A stretch of DNA of 64,000 nt, taken from NCBI GenBank assembly GCA_035936835.1, contig DASYVT010000215.1:27394-91393 (forward strand), written 5' to 3'. This DNA comes from Candidatus Methylomirabilota bacterium. GTDB lineage: Bacteria > Methylomirabilota > Methylomirabilia > Rokubacteriales > CSP1-6. Position numbers and translations under genes: made by a program. Position 1 is the first letter of the stretch; each line of letters begins with the position of its first letter. The notes beneath the pieces were generated by a model. The model was not told the origin of the DNA, searched no databases, and saw only the letters and a list, made by a program, of their open reading frames with translations. Of this stretch, positions 47,059 through 56,313 are shown piece by piece.

Positions 47059-47967
47059 ATGGCTGTCTCCGTAGGGTTCATCGGTGTCGGGAACATGGGC
47101 AATCCGATGGCGGGCAACGTGTTGAAGGCTCTCTTCCCGATGACGGTCTTCGACACAAACCCCAAGGCGATGGAGAACCTTGTCGAGGCCGGAGCCCGTC
47201 GAGCCGGCTCGGCGCGCGAGGTCGTCGACCAGTCCGAGATCGTGCTGACCTCGCTGCCGGCCTCCCCCGATGTGGAAGCGATGTATCTCGAGCCCGGCGG
47301 CTTGGTGGAGCGCGCCAAGCCCGGGACGATCCTCATCGACCTGAGCAGCGTCCTGCCCTCGACGCCGCGGAAGATCGAGCCCCGCGCGAAAGCTCGCGGC
47401 GTGTACTTCCTCGAAGCGCCGGTGAGCGGCGGCGTGAGCGGTGCGCGGGCGGCCACGCTGGCGATCATGGTCGGCGGCGACGCGGAGCCCCTGGCGCGCG
47501 CCCAGCCGGTCTTGCGCGCCATCGGCCCGAACATCTTCCACGTCGGACCTGTCGGCGCCGGCAACACCATGAAGGCGATCAACAACATGATGGCCTGCGT
47601 CAACGGCGTCGCGATGATGGAAGGCCTCGTGCTCGGCGTGAAGGCGGGCCTCGACCCGATGACGATCTACGAGGTGGTCAAGGCGAGCAGCGGGGGCAGC
47701 AAGGCGCTCGAGCGCATCCCGCGCGCGTTGATCCCGAGAAATTTCGAGCCGGGCTTCAAGGTGGCGCTGATGAACAAGGATCTCGAAACGTTCAACACCA
47801 TCGCCAAGGAGCTCCACGTGCCGGTCAGCTTCTCGAACGTCGCCCAGCGCTACCAGCAGGCGGCAATGGCAGCCGGGCTGGCCGAACAGGACACCAGCGT
47901 GGTCTTGACGATCATCGAACGACTGGCGGTCGCGCAGGTCCCCCGTGGCGAGCCACCGAAGGAATAG
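47059..47967 (+). CDS. NAD(P)-dependent oxidoreductase, 3-hydroxyisobutyrate dehydrogenase/6PGDH NAD-binding family
   Basis: GFIGVGNMGNPMAGN Rossmann motif. An AAAGGAGGAG RBS precedes it. Confidence 0.8.
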   Translation: MAVSVGFIGVGNMGNPMAGNVLKALFPMTVFDTNPKAMENLVEAGARRAGSAREVVDQSEIVLTSLPASPDVEAMYLEPGGLVERAKPGTILIDLSSVLPSTPRKIEPRAKARGVYFLEAPVSGGVSGARAATLAIMVGGDAEPLARAQPVLRAIGPNIFHVGPVGAGNTMKAINNMMACVNGVAMMEGLVLGVKAGLDPMTIYEVVKASSGGSKALERIPRALIPRNFEPGFKVALMNKDLETFNTIAKELHVPVSFSNVAQRYQQAAMAAGLAEQDTSVVLTIIERLAVAQVPRGEPPKE

Positions 47968-48071
47968 CGCTCTCGACCACATCGTGCTGGCGCTCAGCCT
48001 CGTGGCGGGAGTAGAATCGCCGGCACCCAGGTGGGCGCGGCCGGACAACGCGGGATAGCCAGGAGGGCGTG

Positions 48072-49292
48072 ATGAAAGACGGGCTCAGGTTCGTGGACTG
48101 CGACATGCACATCATGGAGCCGCCCGATCTCTTCGAGAAGTACCTCGACCCCACGTTCCGGAGCCGCGTGAGCCTGCCGATCGGCGCCGACGGCCGTCCC
48201 AAGCGCGGCACGATCGTCATCGACGGCCTGCCGACGACGATGGACGCCGAGCTCCAGCAGCACCGCAAGCGGCGCCAGCCGGGCCCGAGCCACAGCACGC
48301 AGCCGCTCTCGGGCTCGCGCGCGTATGGCGACACCGGGCCCCTCGACTTCGCGATCAAGCGCGACTACGACCCCGTGGCGCAGCTGATCGGCATGGAGAT
48401 GGAGGGTGTGGACATCGCCGTCCTCTACCCGACCACGGGGCTGAGCCTGCTGGCCCGTGACAACATGGACCCCCAACTCTCGCTCGCGCTCTGCCAGGCC
48501 TACAACAACTGGATCCACGAGTTCTGCCGCCACAGCCCCGACCGGCTCAAGTTCGTCGCCATGCTGCCGCCCCACGAGGTGCACCTGGCCTGCGCGGAGC
48601 TCCTGCGCTGCGTGCGCGAGCTGGGCGCCGTGGGCTCGTTCGTCCGCCCGAACCTCGTCAACGGGCACTACTGGCACTCCAACTACTGGGACCCGCTCTA
48701 CTCCATGCACGAGGCGCTGGACGTCACCTGGGGCTTCCACGAGGGCACTGGCGCCTGGTACTCGCACATGAACGTGCTCTACGGCGAGAACCGCTTCTAC
48801 CGCCACGTCGCCAGCCACTGGATCGAGATGCAGCAGGCGCTGATCGCCATGATCGTGGGCGGCGTCTTCGAGTTCCACCCCAAGCTCCGCGTGGGCTTCC
48901 TCGAGGCGCAAAATTCCTGGGTGCCGGGTCTCCTGTCGCGCATCGAGTGGGACTATCCGCAGTACCGGGACTCCCACGCCCCGTACCTCGCGCTCACGCC
49001 GAAGGAGTACTTCCGGCGCAACTGCTGGGCCGCCGTCGAGGGGAGCGAGCCGGAGATCGAAGCCACGGCGGGGCTGATCGGCGGCGATCGCATGTGCGTC
49101 TCGACCGACTACCCGCACTTCGATTCCAACTTCCCGAACGTGTCGAGCAATGTGCTGAGCCGCGTGCCGCGGGAGATCGCCGCGCAGATCCTGCTGGGAG
49201 GCGCGGGCCTCTACGCCTTCACCGAGGCCCACTTCGCCAAGGCCGACGCGGCGGCGAAGCGCGCGCCGGCGGCCGTCCCCGTCGGAGCCTAG
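48072..49292 (+). CDS. Amidohydrolase 2 family protein
   Basis: FVDCDMHIMEP N-terminus and a C-terminal STDYPHFD motif. Confidence 0.8.
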   Translation: MKDGLRFVDCDMHIMEPPDLFEKYLDPTFRSRVSLPIGADGRPKRGTIVIDGLPTTMDAELQQHRKRRQPGPSHSTQPLSGSRAYGDTGPLDFAIKRDYDPVAQLIGMEMEGVDIAVLYPTTGLSLLARDNMDPQLSLALCQAYNNWIHEFCRHSPDRLKFVAMLPPHEVHLACAELLRCVRELGAVGSFVRPNLVNGHYWHSNYWDPLYSMHEALDVTWGFHEGTGAWYSHMNVLYGENRFYRHVASHWIEMQQALIAMIVGGVFEFHPKLRVGFLEAQNSWVPGLLSRIEWDYPQYRDSHAPYLALTPKEYFRRNCWAAVEGSEPEIEATAGLIGGDRMCVSTDYPHFDSNFPNVSSNVLSRVPREIAAQILLGGAGLYAFTEAHFAKADAAAKRAPAAVPVGA

Positions 49293-49469
49293 AGCAGCAG
49301 ATCGGCGACGAGTAGGATGGGCCGGGAGGAATGGCCAGCCAGGTAGTCGCCGGGCTGGAACACGGCGCGATCCACGAGCCGCTCGTATTCCACCCGTGCC
49401 CAACGCTTGGTCGGAACCGGCGTCGCATCCGTGTCGGTCAGGCGAAGCCCCAACGGCGCCGTTCCGGCT

Positions 49470-49499
49470 CTTGACGTCTAAACGTCAAAACGCTAGAAT
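49470..49499 (+). promoter_or_regulatory. Sigma70-like promoter (TTGACG-N17-TAGAAT) with a perfect palindrome TTGACGTctaaACGTCAA across the -35. The transcript is near-leaderless.
   Basis: cTTGACGTCTAAACGTCAAaacgcTAGAATgttcgcATG. The -10 element ends 7 nt before the antitoxin ATG. Confidence 0.5.
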
Positions 49500-49505
49500 G
49501 TTCGC

Positions 49506-49736
49506 ATGACCAATCCAAAACGCGCGACCGTGTATTTTGATGCGGATATTCACCGGGCCCTGCGGCTCAGGGCGGCGGCGTCCGATCAGTCCATCTCGGA
49601 CATGGTGAACGAGGCCGTGAAGTTGACCTTGGCGGAGGACGCGGAAGATCTGGCGGCGTTTGGCGAGCGCAAGCGGGAGCCGAATCTCGACTTCGAGCAG
49701 TTCGTGAAGGCTCTCAAGCGGCGTGGCAAGCTATAG
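49506..49736 (+). CDS. Ribbon-helix-helix antitoxin (ParD/CopG-like)
   Basis: 76 aa, KRATVYFDADIHRALRLRAAASDQSISDMVNEAV. Confidence 0.7.
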   Translation: MTNPKRATVYFDADIHRALRLRAAASDQSISDMVNEAVKLTLAEDAEDLAAFGERKREPNLDFEQFVKALKRRGKL

Positions 49737-49986
49737 GGTCCTGATCAAGTCTTCCGCGGCCGAGGAGATCGAGGCCGTTGATCAAAAGAAGGACCGTCAG
49801 CGCATCGTGGCCGGCATCCGTTCGCTGGCCGATGATCCTCGGCCGCCTGGTTGCGAGAAGCTCGCCAGCGAGGCCGACCGGTATCGTATAAGAGTGGGCC
49901 GGTATCGAGTCATCTACTCAGTCGGGGACGGGGAGCTGCTCGTCGTTGTGGTCCGGGTTGGGCATCGCAAGGACGTCTATCGATGA
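49723..49986 (+). CDS. RelE/ParE family toxin
   Basis: YRIRVGRYRVIYSVGDGELLVVVVRVGHRKDVY. It has a GTG start that overlaps the antitoxin by 14 nt. Confidence 0.8.
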   Translation: MASYRVLIKSSAAEEIEAVDQKKDRQRIVAGIRSLADDPRPPGCEKLASEADRYRIRVGRYRVIYSVGDGELLVVVVRVGHRKDVYR

Positions 49987-50390
49987 GTTGCGAGAGGATG
50001 TCCTCGAGGCGCTCGAGCTCCGGCACGCTCGTAGACGACGCGGCCACCCGCGACGGTGAGGTCGGCCACGATGCCCGGCAGGCGCTCCTCGGGCACCGTC
50101 GGGATGTGCGAGCTCCACGATTTCACGAGCATCACGTCCGAGGACCTCACCGAAGTGTTCGCCACCGCCGCAAGGAAGCCAAGGCCATGGCCGCGGCCAA
50201 TCCCGTGCTGGGCCGGCTCCACGACCACCCGGATCTGCCGATCCCCGTCGTCGAGACTCCGGACTGCTTCGACATCGCGGTCGTGGACGGTGCCGCCGGG
50301 CGGGGCGCCTACTTCTATGGCGCGGGCGAGCCCGTCACGATGCCCGTCGAGGAGTGATCCGGCCGGCGAGCACCTGAGCCCCGCGGACCC

Positions 50391-51353
50391 TTAGGGGACC
50401 AGCACGATCTTGCCGTGGTGGCCCGGCTCCATCACCGCCTCATGGCTGCGCGCCGCCTGGGCGAGCGGCAGCTCCTGGGCGATGACCGGGCGGAGGGTGC
50501 CGTTGCGCAGTCCCTCCACGAGGGCGGCGTGGATGCCGGCGAGCTGGAGCGGGCTGGCGTGGTAGAGCGCCATGCCCAGGATGGCCGCGTCCTTGTTCAT
50601 GGCCAGGCGGGCGTTGATCTCGACCGTGCCGCGGTTGCCGATGACGACGATGCGCCCGCGCATGGCGATGACGCCGAGGTCCTTCTGGAGATTTGCGTTG
50701 GCCAGCATCTCCATGATGATGGCCGGCCCCTGCCCGCCGGTGAGCCGGACGCACTCGTCGAGGTAGCCCGGGGCGCCGTGGTCGAGCACGTGGTGGGCGC
50801 CCTGCTCGAGCACCATGCGCCGGCCCCGCTCGGTGCCCGCGGTCCCGATCACGGTGAGGCCGCGCGCGCGCGCAAGCTGCACGGCGCCGATGCCCACGCC
50901 GCCGCTGGCGCCGTGGACGAGGACGGTCTCGCCCGCCTCGGCGTGCGCGCGATGGAAGAGCGCGTGGTAGGCCGTGGCGTAGGGGACGTTCATCGCCGCC
51001 CCCTGCGCGAAGCTGGCGTTGGCGGGCAAGGGATGCACCTGGCCCTGGTCGCAGAGGCAGAACTCGGCGTAGGCGCCGCTCACCGTACCGCCCACGTAGA
51101 CGCGATCGCCGACCTTCACGGCCGTTACCCCGGGGCCGACCGCCTCCACAACCCCCGCCGCATCCGCGCCCGGCGTATAGGGCAGCTTGGGCCCGCGTTT
51201 GTCGGTGTTCGCGCGCAGGTAGGTGTCCACGGGGTTCACGCCGACGGCGTGGTTGCGCACGAGGACCTGGTTCGGCCCCGGCTGGGGCGTCGACACCTCC
51301 TCCACCTTCAAGACGGAGGGGCCGCCGTACTCGGAGACGCGGATCGCCTTCAT
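50391..51353 (-). CDS. NADPH:quinone oxidoreductase / zinc-type alcohol dehydrogenase family (MDR)
   Basis: 320 aa from MKAIRVSEYGGPSVLK with a GASGGVGIGAVQLA cofactor motif. The ORF-track 697 aa extension was discarded. Confidence 0.85.
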   Translation of the reverse strand: MKAIRVSEYGGPSVLKVEEVSTPQPGPNQVLVRNHAVGVNPVDTYLRANTDKRGPKLPYTPGADAAGVVEAVGPGVTAVKVGDRVYVGGTVSGAYAEFCLCDQGQVHPLPANASFAQGAAMNVPYATAYHALFHRAHAEAGETVLVHGASGGVGIGAVQLARARGLTVIGTAGTERGRRMVLEQGAHHVLDHGAPGYLDECVRLTGGQGPAIIMEMLANANLQKDLGVIAMRGRIVVIGNRGTVEINARLAMNKDAAILGMALYHASPLQLAGIHAALVEGLRNGTLRPVIAQELPLAQAARSHEAVMEPGHHGKIVLVP

Positions 51354-51367
51354 GATGATGACTCCTT

Positions 51368-52108
51368 TCAAAGCCGACCGCCTCGCAGGCTGATGAACTC
51401 GCCGGTGAGGTAATCGGGCGCCTCGGCAACGAGGAACCGTACCACACGGGCGACTTCCTCCGGCCTGCCGAAGCGCCCGATGGGGAACTGGGCCAACACA
51501 CGCGCGCGCGCCGCGGCATCGGGGGCGACCGCATCCAGCATCTCGGTCTCGATGACCGACGGCAGCACCGCGTTGACCGCGATCCCCTCGCGGGCCAGCT
51601 CGCGGGCCGCCTTGACCGTGAGCGCGAGCATTCCCGCCTTGCTGGCCGCGTAGTGCGCGCCGATGGCCCCGCCCGTGTGCGCCGCGCCCGAAGAGATGTT
51701 CACGATCCGTCCTCCACCGGCCGCCTGGAGCCGCGGAATGGCGGCGCGCATGCAGAAGAATGCGCCGTCCAGATTCACGGCCAGCGTGCGCCGCCAGGTC
51801 TCGTCGTCGATGTCGGTCAGCCGATCGACCCGCCGGCCGATCCCGGCGTTGTTCACCAGGGCGTCGAGGCGACCGAATCGCTCGTCGACGGCCGCGAACA
51901 TCCGCGCCACAGCCGCGGCGTCGCTGACGTCCGCCTGCAAGGCGACCGCCGTCCCGCCCCCGGCGGTGATGGCGGCCGCTGTGGCGTCGGCATCCCTCCA
52001 GCGCGACGCGAAGTTGACTACGACGGCATACCCGGCTGCGGCCAGGGTCTCGGCGATGCTTCGCCCGATACCGCGCGAGCCTCCGGTCACCAGCGCCACC
52101 TTGCTCAT
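51368..52108 (-). CDS. SDR family oxidoreductase
   Basis: ALVTGGSRGIG Rossmann motif and YAASKAG catalytic motif. Confidence 0.8.
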   Translation of the reverse strand: MSKVALVTGGSRGIGRSIAETLAAAGYAVVVNFASRWRDADATAAAITAGGGTAVALQADVSDAAAVARMFAAVDERFGRLDALVNNAGIGRRVDRLTDIDDETWRRTLAVNLDGAFFCMRAAIPRLQAAGGGRIVNISSGAAHTGGAIGAHYAASKAGMLALTVKAARELAREGIAVNAVLPSVIETEMLDAVAPDAAARARVLAQFPIGRFGRPEEVARVVRFLVAEAPDYLTGEFISLRGGRL

Positions 52109-52217
52109 GACCGTCGAGTATACGTCTTCGCCCATGCCCGCCGGTCTCGGCCGGCGCGTGGTCGTTCTTCACTTTCCCGCGAGGCCTGCCCGGAGGATAC
52201 TTGCTCCCGTGGCCCAG

Positions 52218-52718
52218 GTGACAATCCGCCAGCTGACAGTCGTCGACCGGGGCGCCGCGGTAGACGTGATCAACACCGCCGCGCGCTGGTACCGGGACTT
52301 CCTCCCGCCCGATGAGCTCCACGAGTCGGAGATGACGGCTGCCCAGTGGGATGACGAAGCCCGGCGCCTCACCTGGTACGGCGGATTCCTGGACGGCGTC
52401 CTGGTCGCCGTGATGGGGCTCGAGTATGCCCGCGACGCGGCGCTCCTGCGCCACGCCTACATCTTGCCGGAGCACCAGCACCACGGCATCGGGCTACGCC
52501 TGGCCGAGCACCTGGAGAGCGTGGCGCGGCGGGACGGCGCGGCGCTCGGTATCCGCCGGATCATCGTGGGGACCTACGCGCGGAACTACAAGGCCCGGGG
52601 CGCGCTGGAGAAGGCGGGCTACCGCCTCTCGGAGGACTCCGGGGCGATCCTGCGCGAGTACTTCGCCATCCCGGAAGACCGGCTCCGCGCCTCTGTCACC
52701 TACGAAAAGCCCACCTAA
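52218..52718 (+). CDS. GNAT family N-acetyltransferase
   Basis: HQHHGIGLRLAEHL acetyl-CoA binding motif. Putative GTG start. Confidence 0.65.
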   Translation: MTIRQLTVVDRGAAVDVINTAARWYRDFLPPDELHESEMTAAQWDDEARRLTWYGGFLDGVLVAVMGLEYARDAALLRHAYILPEHQHHGIGLRLAEHLESVARRDGAALGIRRIIVGTYARNYKARGALEKAGYRLSEDSGAILREYFAIPEDRLRASVTYEKPT

Positions 52719-52727
52719 GGAGAAACC

Positions 52728-53198
52728 ATGTCACGCCGTGCCGAGATCGCCATGTCACCCGAGGAGCTGCGCGCCTTTCTCGACCAGAAGCTCACGCTGA
52801 CCTGCGCCACCATCGGGTCCAATGGCCGGCCGCACCTCATGCCGCTCTGGTACATCCGCCAGGGCGATGTGATCGCCTGCTGGACCTACGGCGCCTCCCA
52901 GAAAGTGAAGAATCTCGAGCGGCTTCCCCAGGCAACCGTGCAGGTGGAGGCGGGAACGACATACCAAGAGCTGCGCGGCGCCATGCTCGACTGCGACGTG
53001 GAGATCGTCCGCGGCCGCGAGGCCATCCTCGACATCGGCGTAGCGCTGGCCTACCGCTACGGGCAGGCTCCCGCCGGCGCAGCGCCCGAGTTGGTCCGGG
53101 CGGGGGCCGAGAAGAGCGGGGCCAAGCGCGTGGGCCTGCGCTTCCGCCCCACGCGCATCGTCTCGTGGGATCACCGCAAGCTTGGCGGTGGCTACTAG
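52728..53198 (+). CDS. Pyridoxamine 5'-phosphate oxidase family protein (PPOX-class, possibly F420/FMN-binding)
   Basis: Split-barrel pattern TLTCATIGSNGRPHLMPLWY. Confidence 0.7.
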   Translation: MSRRAEIAMSPEELRAFLDQKLTLTCATIGSNGRPHLMPLWYIRQGDVIACWTYGASQKVKNLERLPQATVQVEAGTTYQELRGAMLDCDVEIVRGREAILDIGVALAYRYGQAPAGAAPELVRAGAEKSGAKRVGLRFRPTRIVSWDHRKLGGGY

Positions 53199-54031
53199 CC
53201 TTTGAGACCGCTCACCCGCACGCCTTCGACGATGCGCCGGTTCGCGACCAGGAACACGATGAGAAGCGGCAAGGCGCTCAGCGTGGCGCCCGCCATGATG
53301 GGACCGTACGACTCGGAGCTGTAAGCGCTCCGGAGTAGCGCCAGCGCGACGGGCAGCGGGAACATCTCAGGCTTGTTCACCGCGATGAGCGGCCAGAGGA
53401 AGTCGTTCCAGGCCGATCGAAACGCGAAGATGGCCAGCGCGCCGAGCACCGGCTGGGAGAGCGGCAGGATGATACGCGTGAAGATCCGCCATGGGCCGGC
53501 GCCGTCGATCCGCGCCGCGTCCTCCAGCTCGGTCGGCAGCGTGAGGAAGAACTGGCGGAGGAGAAAGACCCCGAATGCGAAGGTCATCGCGGCCTCCGGG
53601 ACGATCAGCCCCTGGTACGTGCTCAGCCAGCCCAGGCGCTGCGTCAGGATGTACTGCGGCACGAGGAGGACGGCGTTCGGGATCATGAGGCTTCCCACCA
53701 GCAGCGCGAAGATCACGTCGCGGCCGGGGAAGCGCATCCGCGCCAGCGGGTAGGCCGTCGTGGCGCTCGCGAACAATACGACAACGACCGAGCCCAGCGA
53801 CACGATCGTGCTGTTGAGAAACGCGCGGCCGATGCGCGCGGTCCGCGAGCTGCTGAAGAGAACCTCGCCGTAGTGTGCGAGCGTCGCGGGCCACGGGATC
53901 CACTCCGGCGGGACGCGGATGATGTTCGCGGTGGGCTTGAGCGAGGTGACCAGGACCCAGAGGGCGGGCAAGAGCCACAGGATCGCGCAGGCGACCAAGA
54001 GCGCGGTCACTATTCCACGGCGCGAGCGCAT
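53195..54031 (-). CDS. Carbohydrate ABC transporter permease (MalG-like)
   Basis: EAA loop EDAARIDGAGPWRIFTRIILP. Confidence 0.85.
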   Translation of the reverse strand: MRSRRGIVTALLVACAILWLLPALWVLVTSLKPTANIIRVPPEWIPWPATLAHYGEVLFSSSRTARIGRAFLNSTIVSLGSVVVVLFASATTAYPLARMRFPGRDVIFALLVGSLMIPNAVLLVPQYILTQRLGWLSTYQGLIVPEAAMTFAFGVFLLRQFFLTLPTELEDAARIDGAGPWRIFTRIILPLSQPVLGALAIFAFRSAWNDFLWPLIAVNKPEMFPLPVALALLRSAYSSESYGPIMAGATLSALPLLIVFLVANRRIVEGVRVSGLKG

Positions 54032-54035
54032 CGTG

Positions 54036-54908
54036 TCAGTACTGGGTGTGGCCGCGCAGCAGCCGGAACTGGAGGAGAGAGAAGACCAGGATCACCACGA
54101 AGAGCACCCACGCCATCGCGGAGGCCGAGCCGAACTGGAAGAAGTTCTGGAAGGCCGTCTCGTAGAGATGCTGGACCACGGTGCGCGTGGCGTCGCCCGG
54201 ACCGCCCTGCGTGAGGATGAACACCTGCCCGAAGATTTGGAAGGATCCGATAATGTGCGTGACGAACACGAAGAGGAACACCGGGCGGAGCAGCGGCAGC
54301 GTGATGGCCCAGAAGCTCCGCCACCCGCCGGCGCCGTCGAGGGCCGCGGCCTCGTAGAGCTCGCGGGGGATGTCCTGGAGCCCCGCGAGATAGATGACGA
54401 GGTAGTAGCCCGTCACCCACCAGACGGAGGTCAGGATGATCGCCCACATGGCGGTGGACGGGTCCGCGAGCCAGGAGCGGGCCGGGAGCCCGAGCGACTT
54501 CAGGTAGTAGTTCAGCGGCCCGACGACGGGGTCGAGGAGCCAGAGCCACGTGAGCCCCACCGTGACCACGGACAGCGTGAACGGGAAGAAGAACGCCCCG
54601 CGGAGAAACGTGCGCAGCGACATGCCGCGGTTGAGCGCGACCGCGAGCACCAGCGGGATGGCCAGGATGGGCAGCGTGCTGGCGATGCTATAGAACGCGG
54701 TGTTCACGAGGCTCACGTGGAAGCGCGTGTCCTCGAGGAGCTTTCCGTAGTTGGCGAGCCCGACGAACGCGTACTGCGCGCGCCCCAGCCGGGCGTTGGT
54801 GAAGGACAGGCGAAGGCCGTCGAGGAGCGGGTACAGGCGGAAGGCGGCGAACAGCGCGAGCCCGGGCAAGAGGAAGAGGTACGGAGTCAGCGCACCTCTC
54901 CGTCTCAC
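54036..54908 (-). CDS. Carbohydrate ABC transporter permease (MalF-like)
   Basis: EAA loop YEAAALDGAGGWRSFWAITLP. Confidence 0.85.
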   Translation of the reverse strand: MRRRGALTPYLFLLPGLALFAAFRLYPLLDGLRLSFTNARLGRAQYAFVGLANYGKLLEDTRFHVSLVNTAFYSIASTLPILAIPLVLAVALNRGMSLRTFLRGAFFFPFTLSVVTVGLTWLWLLDPVVGPLNYYLKSLGLPARSWLADPSTAMWAIILTSVWWVTGYYLVIYLAGLQDIPRELYEAAALDGAGGWRSFWAITLPLLRPVFLFVFVTHIIGSFQIFGQVFILTQGGPGDATRTVVQHLYETAFQNFFQFGSASAMAWVLFVVILVFSLLQFRLLRGHTQY

Positions 54909-54921
54909 TGACTGGTCCGTT

Positions 54922-56193
54922 CTAGTCGGGCAGAGCGTTGATCTGGCGCGCCAGATCCGTCATCGCCGCGGCCGCGGGCTTCTGCGCGATGTAGACGTTC
55001 TCGATCACCGGGCGCGTGAGGTTCTCCGCGGCGACCCACTTCGGCGTCGGCTGCCCGCCCTGCCAGTTCGGCGCCTGGGCGAGGAGCGTGCGCAGCACGG
55101 GGTCGCTGGTGATCCGCGGGTCCGAGTGCGCCTTTCTGAGCGCCGAGACCTGCCCGGCCCGGAGCGTCCACTCCGCCACGTGATCGCTCATCCACCGCAT
55201 GTAGGCCCACGCGCCGTCGCGCTTCGCGGCGTCCGCCGCCTTGGGCTTGGGGAACGTGAATTGGTGCGGCATCGTCCAGACGACCGGCTGCTTGAAGAGC
55301 CGGGGCACCGGGGCCACGGTGAAGTCCACCTTCGCCTCGCGGAGACCGGTGAAGTTCCACGAGCCGGCGATCCACATGCCGAGTTTGCCCGCGATGAAGG
55401 CGTCCCGGCAGTTGGCGTTGGCCGGAAGCGCGATCTTGTGCTGGGCGTAAATCGCGCCCCAGAACTCGGCGACCTCGACCGCCGCGGGCTCCGTCAGCGC
55501 GGCGCGCTTGAAGTCCGGCGTGTAGACGTTGGCTCCGTTCTGCCAGAGGAGGTTCTGAAAGCCCCAGGTGTACTTGCCCGGGTTCAGGGTGCCGATGGTG
55601 AATCCGTACGTGTCGCCCTTGGTGATCTGCTTGGCCATCGCCAAGAGCTCTTCGCGGTTCGCTGGCACCTTCGGCTTGCCGTCGGCCGCGACGAGACCCG
55701 CGTCGCGCATCACCTTCACGTTGAGGTACAGAATGTGCTGCGGGACGTCGAGCGGGATCGCGTATCGCTTGCCCTGGTAGAGGCCTCCCTGCCAGGTCGA
55801 AGGCAGGTACTCGTCGCCCCGGAACCCCTTCCCCACCGCCGCGGCGTCGTCGATGGCCTCGAGAACGCCGTCGTTGGCGAAGTGCGACACCTCGACGGTG
55901 TGGATCAGCGCGAGGTCCGGGCCTTGTCCGGCGGGCACCGACACCTGGAGCTTGGCGTAGAGGTCCGCCCACGGGATGCGCTGCTGCTCGACGCGGATGC
56001 CCGTCTCCTTCGTGAACTGGTCGATCAGCTCGTCCATGACCTTGCCGTCCGCGCCGGTGAGCCCGTTCCAGTACGAGATGGTCGGCTTCGACTGGGCGGA
56101 CGCGCGGCGAGCGACAACGGGAAGCGCAACGGCGGCGCCTGCGGCGGCGCGGAGAAACGCACGACGATCGAGCTTGACCGATGACCGGTTCAT
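54922..56193 (-). CDS. Carbohydrate ABC transporter substrate-binding protein (family 1), Tat signal
   Basis: Twin-arginine signal MNRSSVKLDRRAFLRAAAG. SBP_bac_1 composition. Confidence 0.8.
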   Translation of the reverse strand: MNRSSVKLDRRAFLRAAAGAAVALPVVARRASAQSKPTISYWNGLTGADGKVMDELIDQFTKETGIRVEQQRIPWADLYAKLQVSVPAGQGPDLALIHTVEVSHFANDGVLEAIDDAAAVGKGFRGDEYLPSTWQGGLYQGKRYAIPLDVPQHILYLNVKVMRDAGLVAADGKPKVPANREELLAMAKQITKGDTYGFTIGTLNPGKYTWGFQNLLWQNGANVYTPDFKRAALTEPAAVEVAEFWGAIYAQHKIALPANANCRDAFIAGKLGMWIAGSWNFTGLREAKVDFTVAPVPRLFKQPVVWTMPHQFTFPKPKAADAAKRDGAWAYMRWMSDHVAEWTLRAGQVSALRKAHSDPRITSDPVLRTLLAQAPNWQGGQPTPKWVAAENLTRPVIENVYIAQKPAAAAMTDLARQINALPD

Positions 56194-56313
56194 AGAGCCT
56201 CCTCGGCCTCTGATCGAGGCCGGAGGCACTATAGCGAGCCCGTCCGTCCCAAGTCAACACGCCCCGCGCGCGCCATTGACAGCCCCCGGTCCGTTCCCTA
56301 GACTTGCCGGGCC

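Noticed and set aside
50391-52484. A 697 aa minus-strand ORF fusing the quinone oxidoreductase with upstream sequence
   Set aside because: The upstream part is antisense and out of frame relative to the SDR gene. The true gene starts at MKAIRV (50391-51353).
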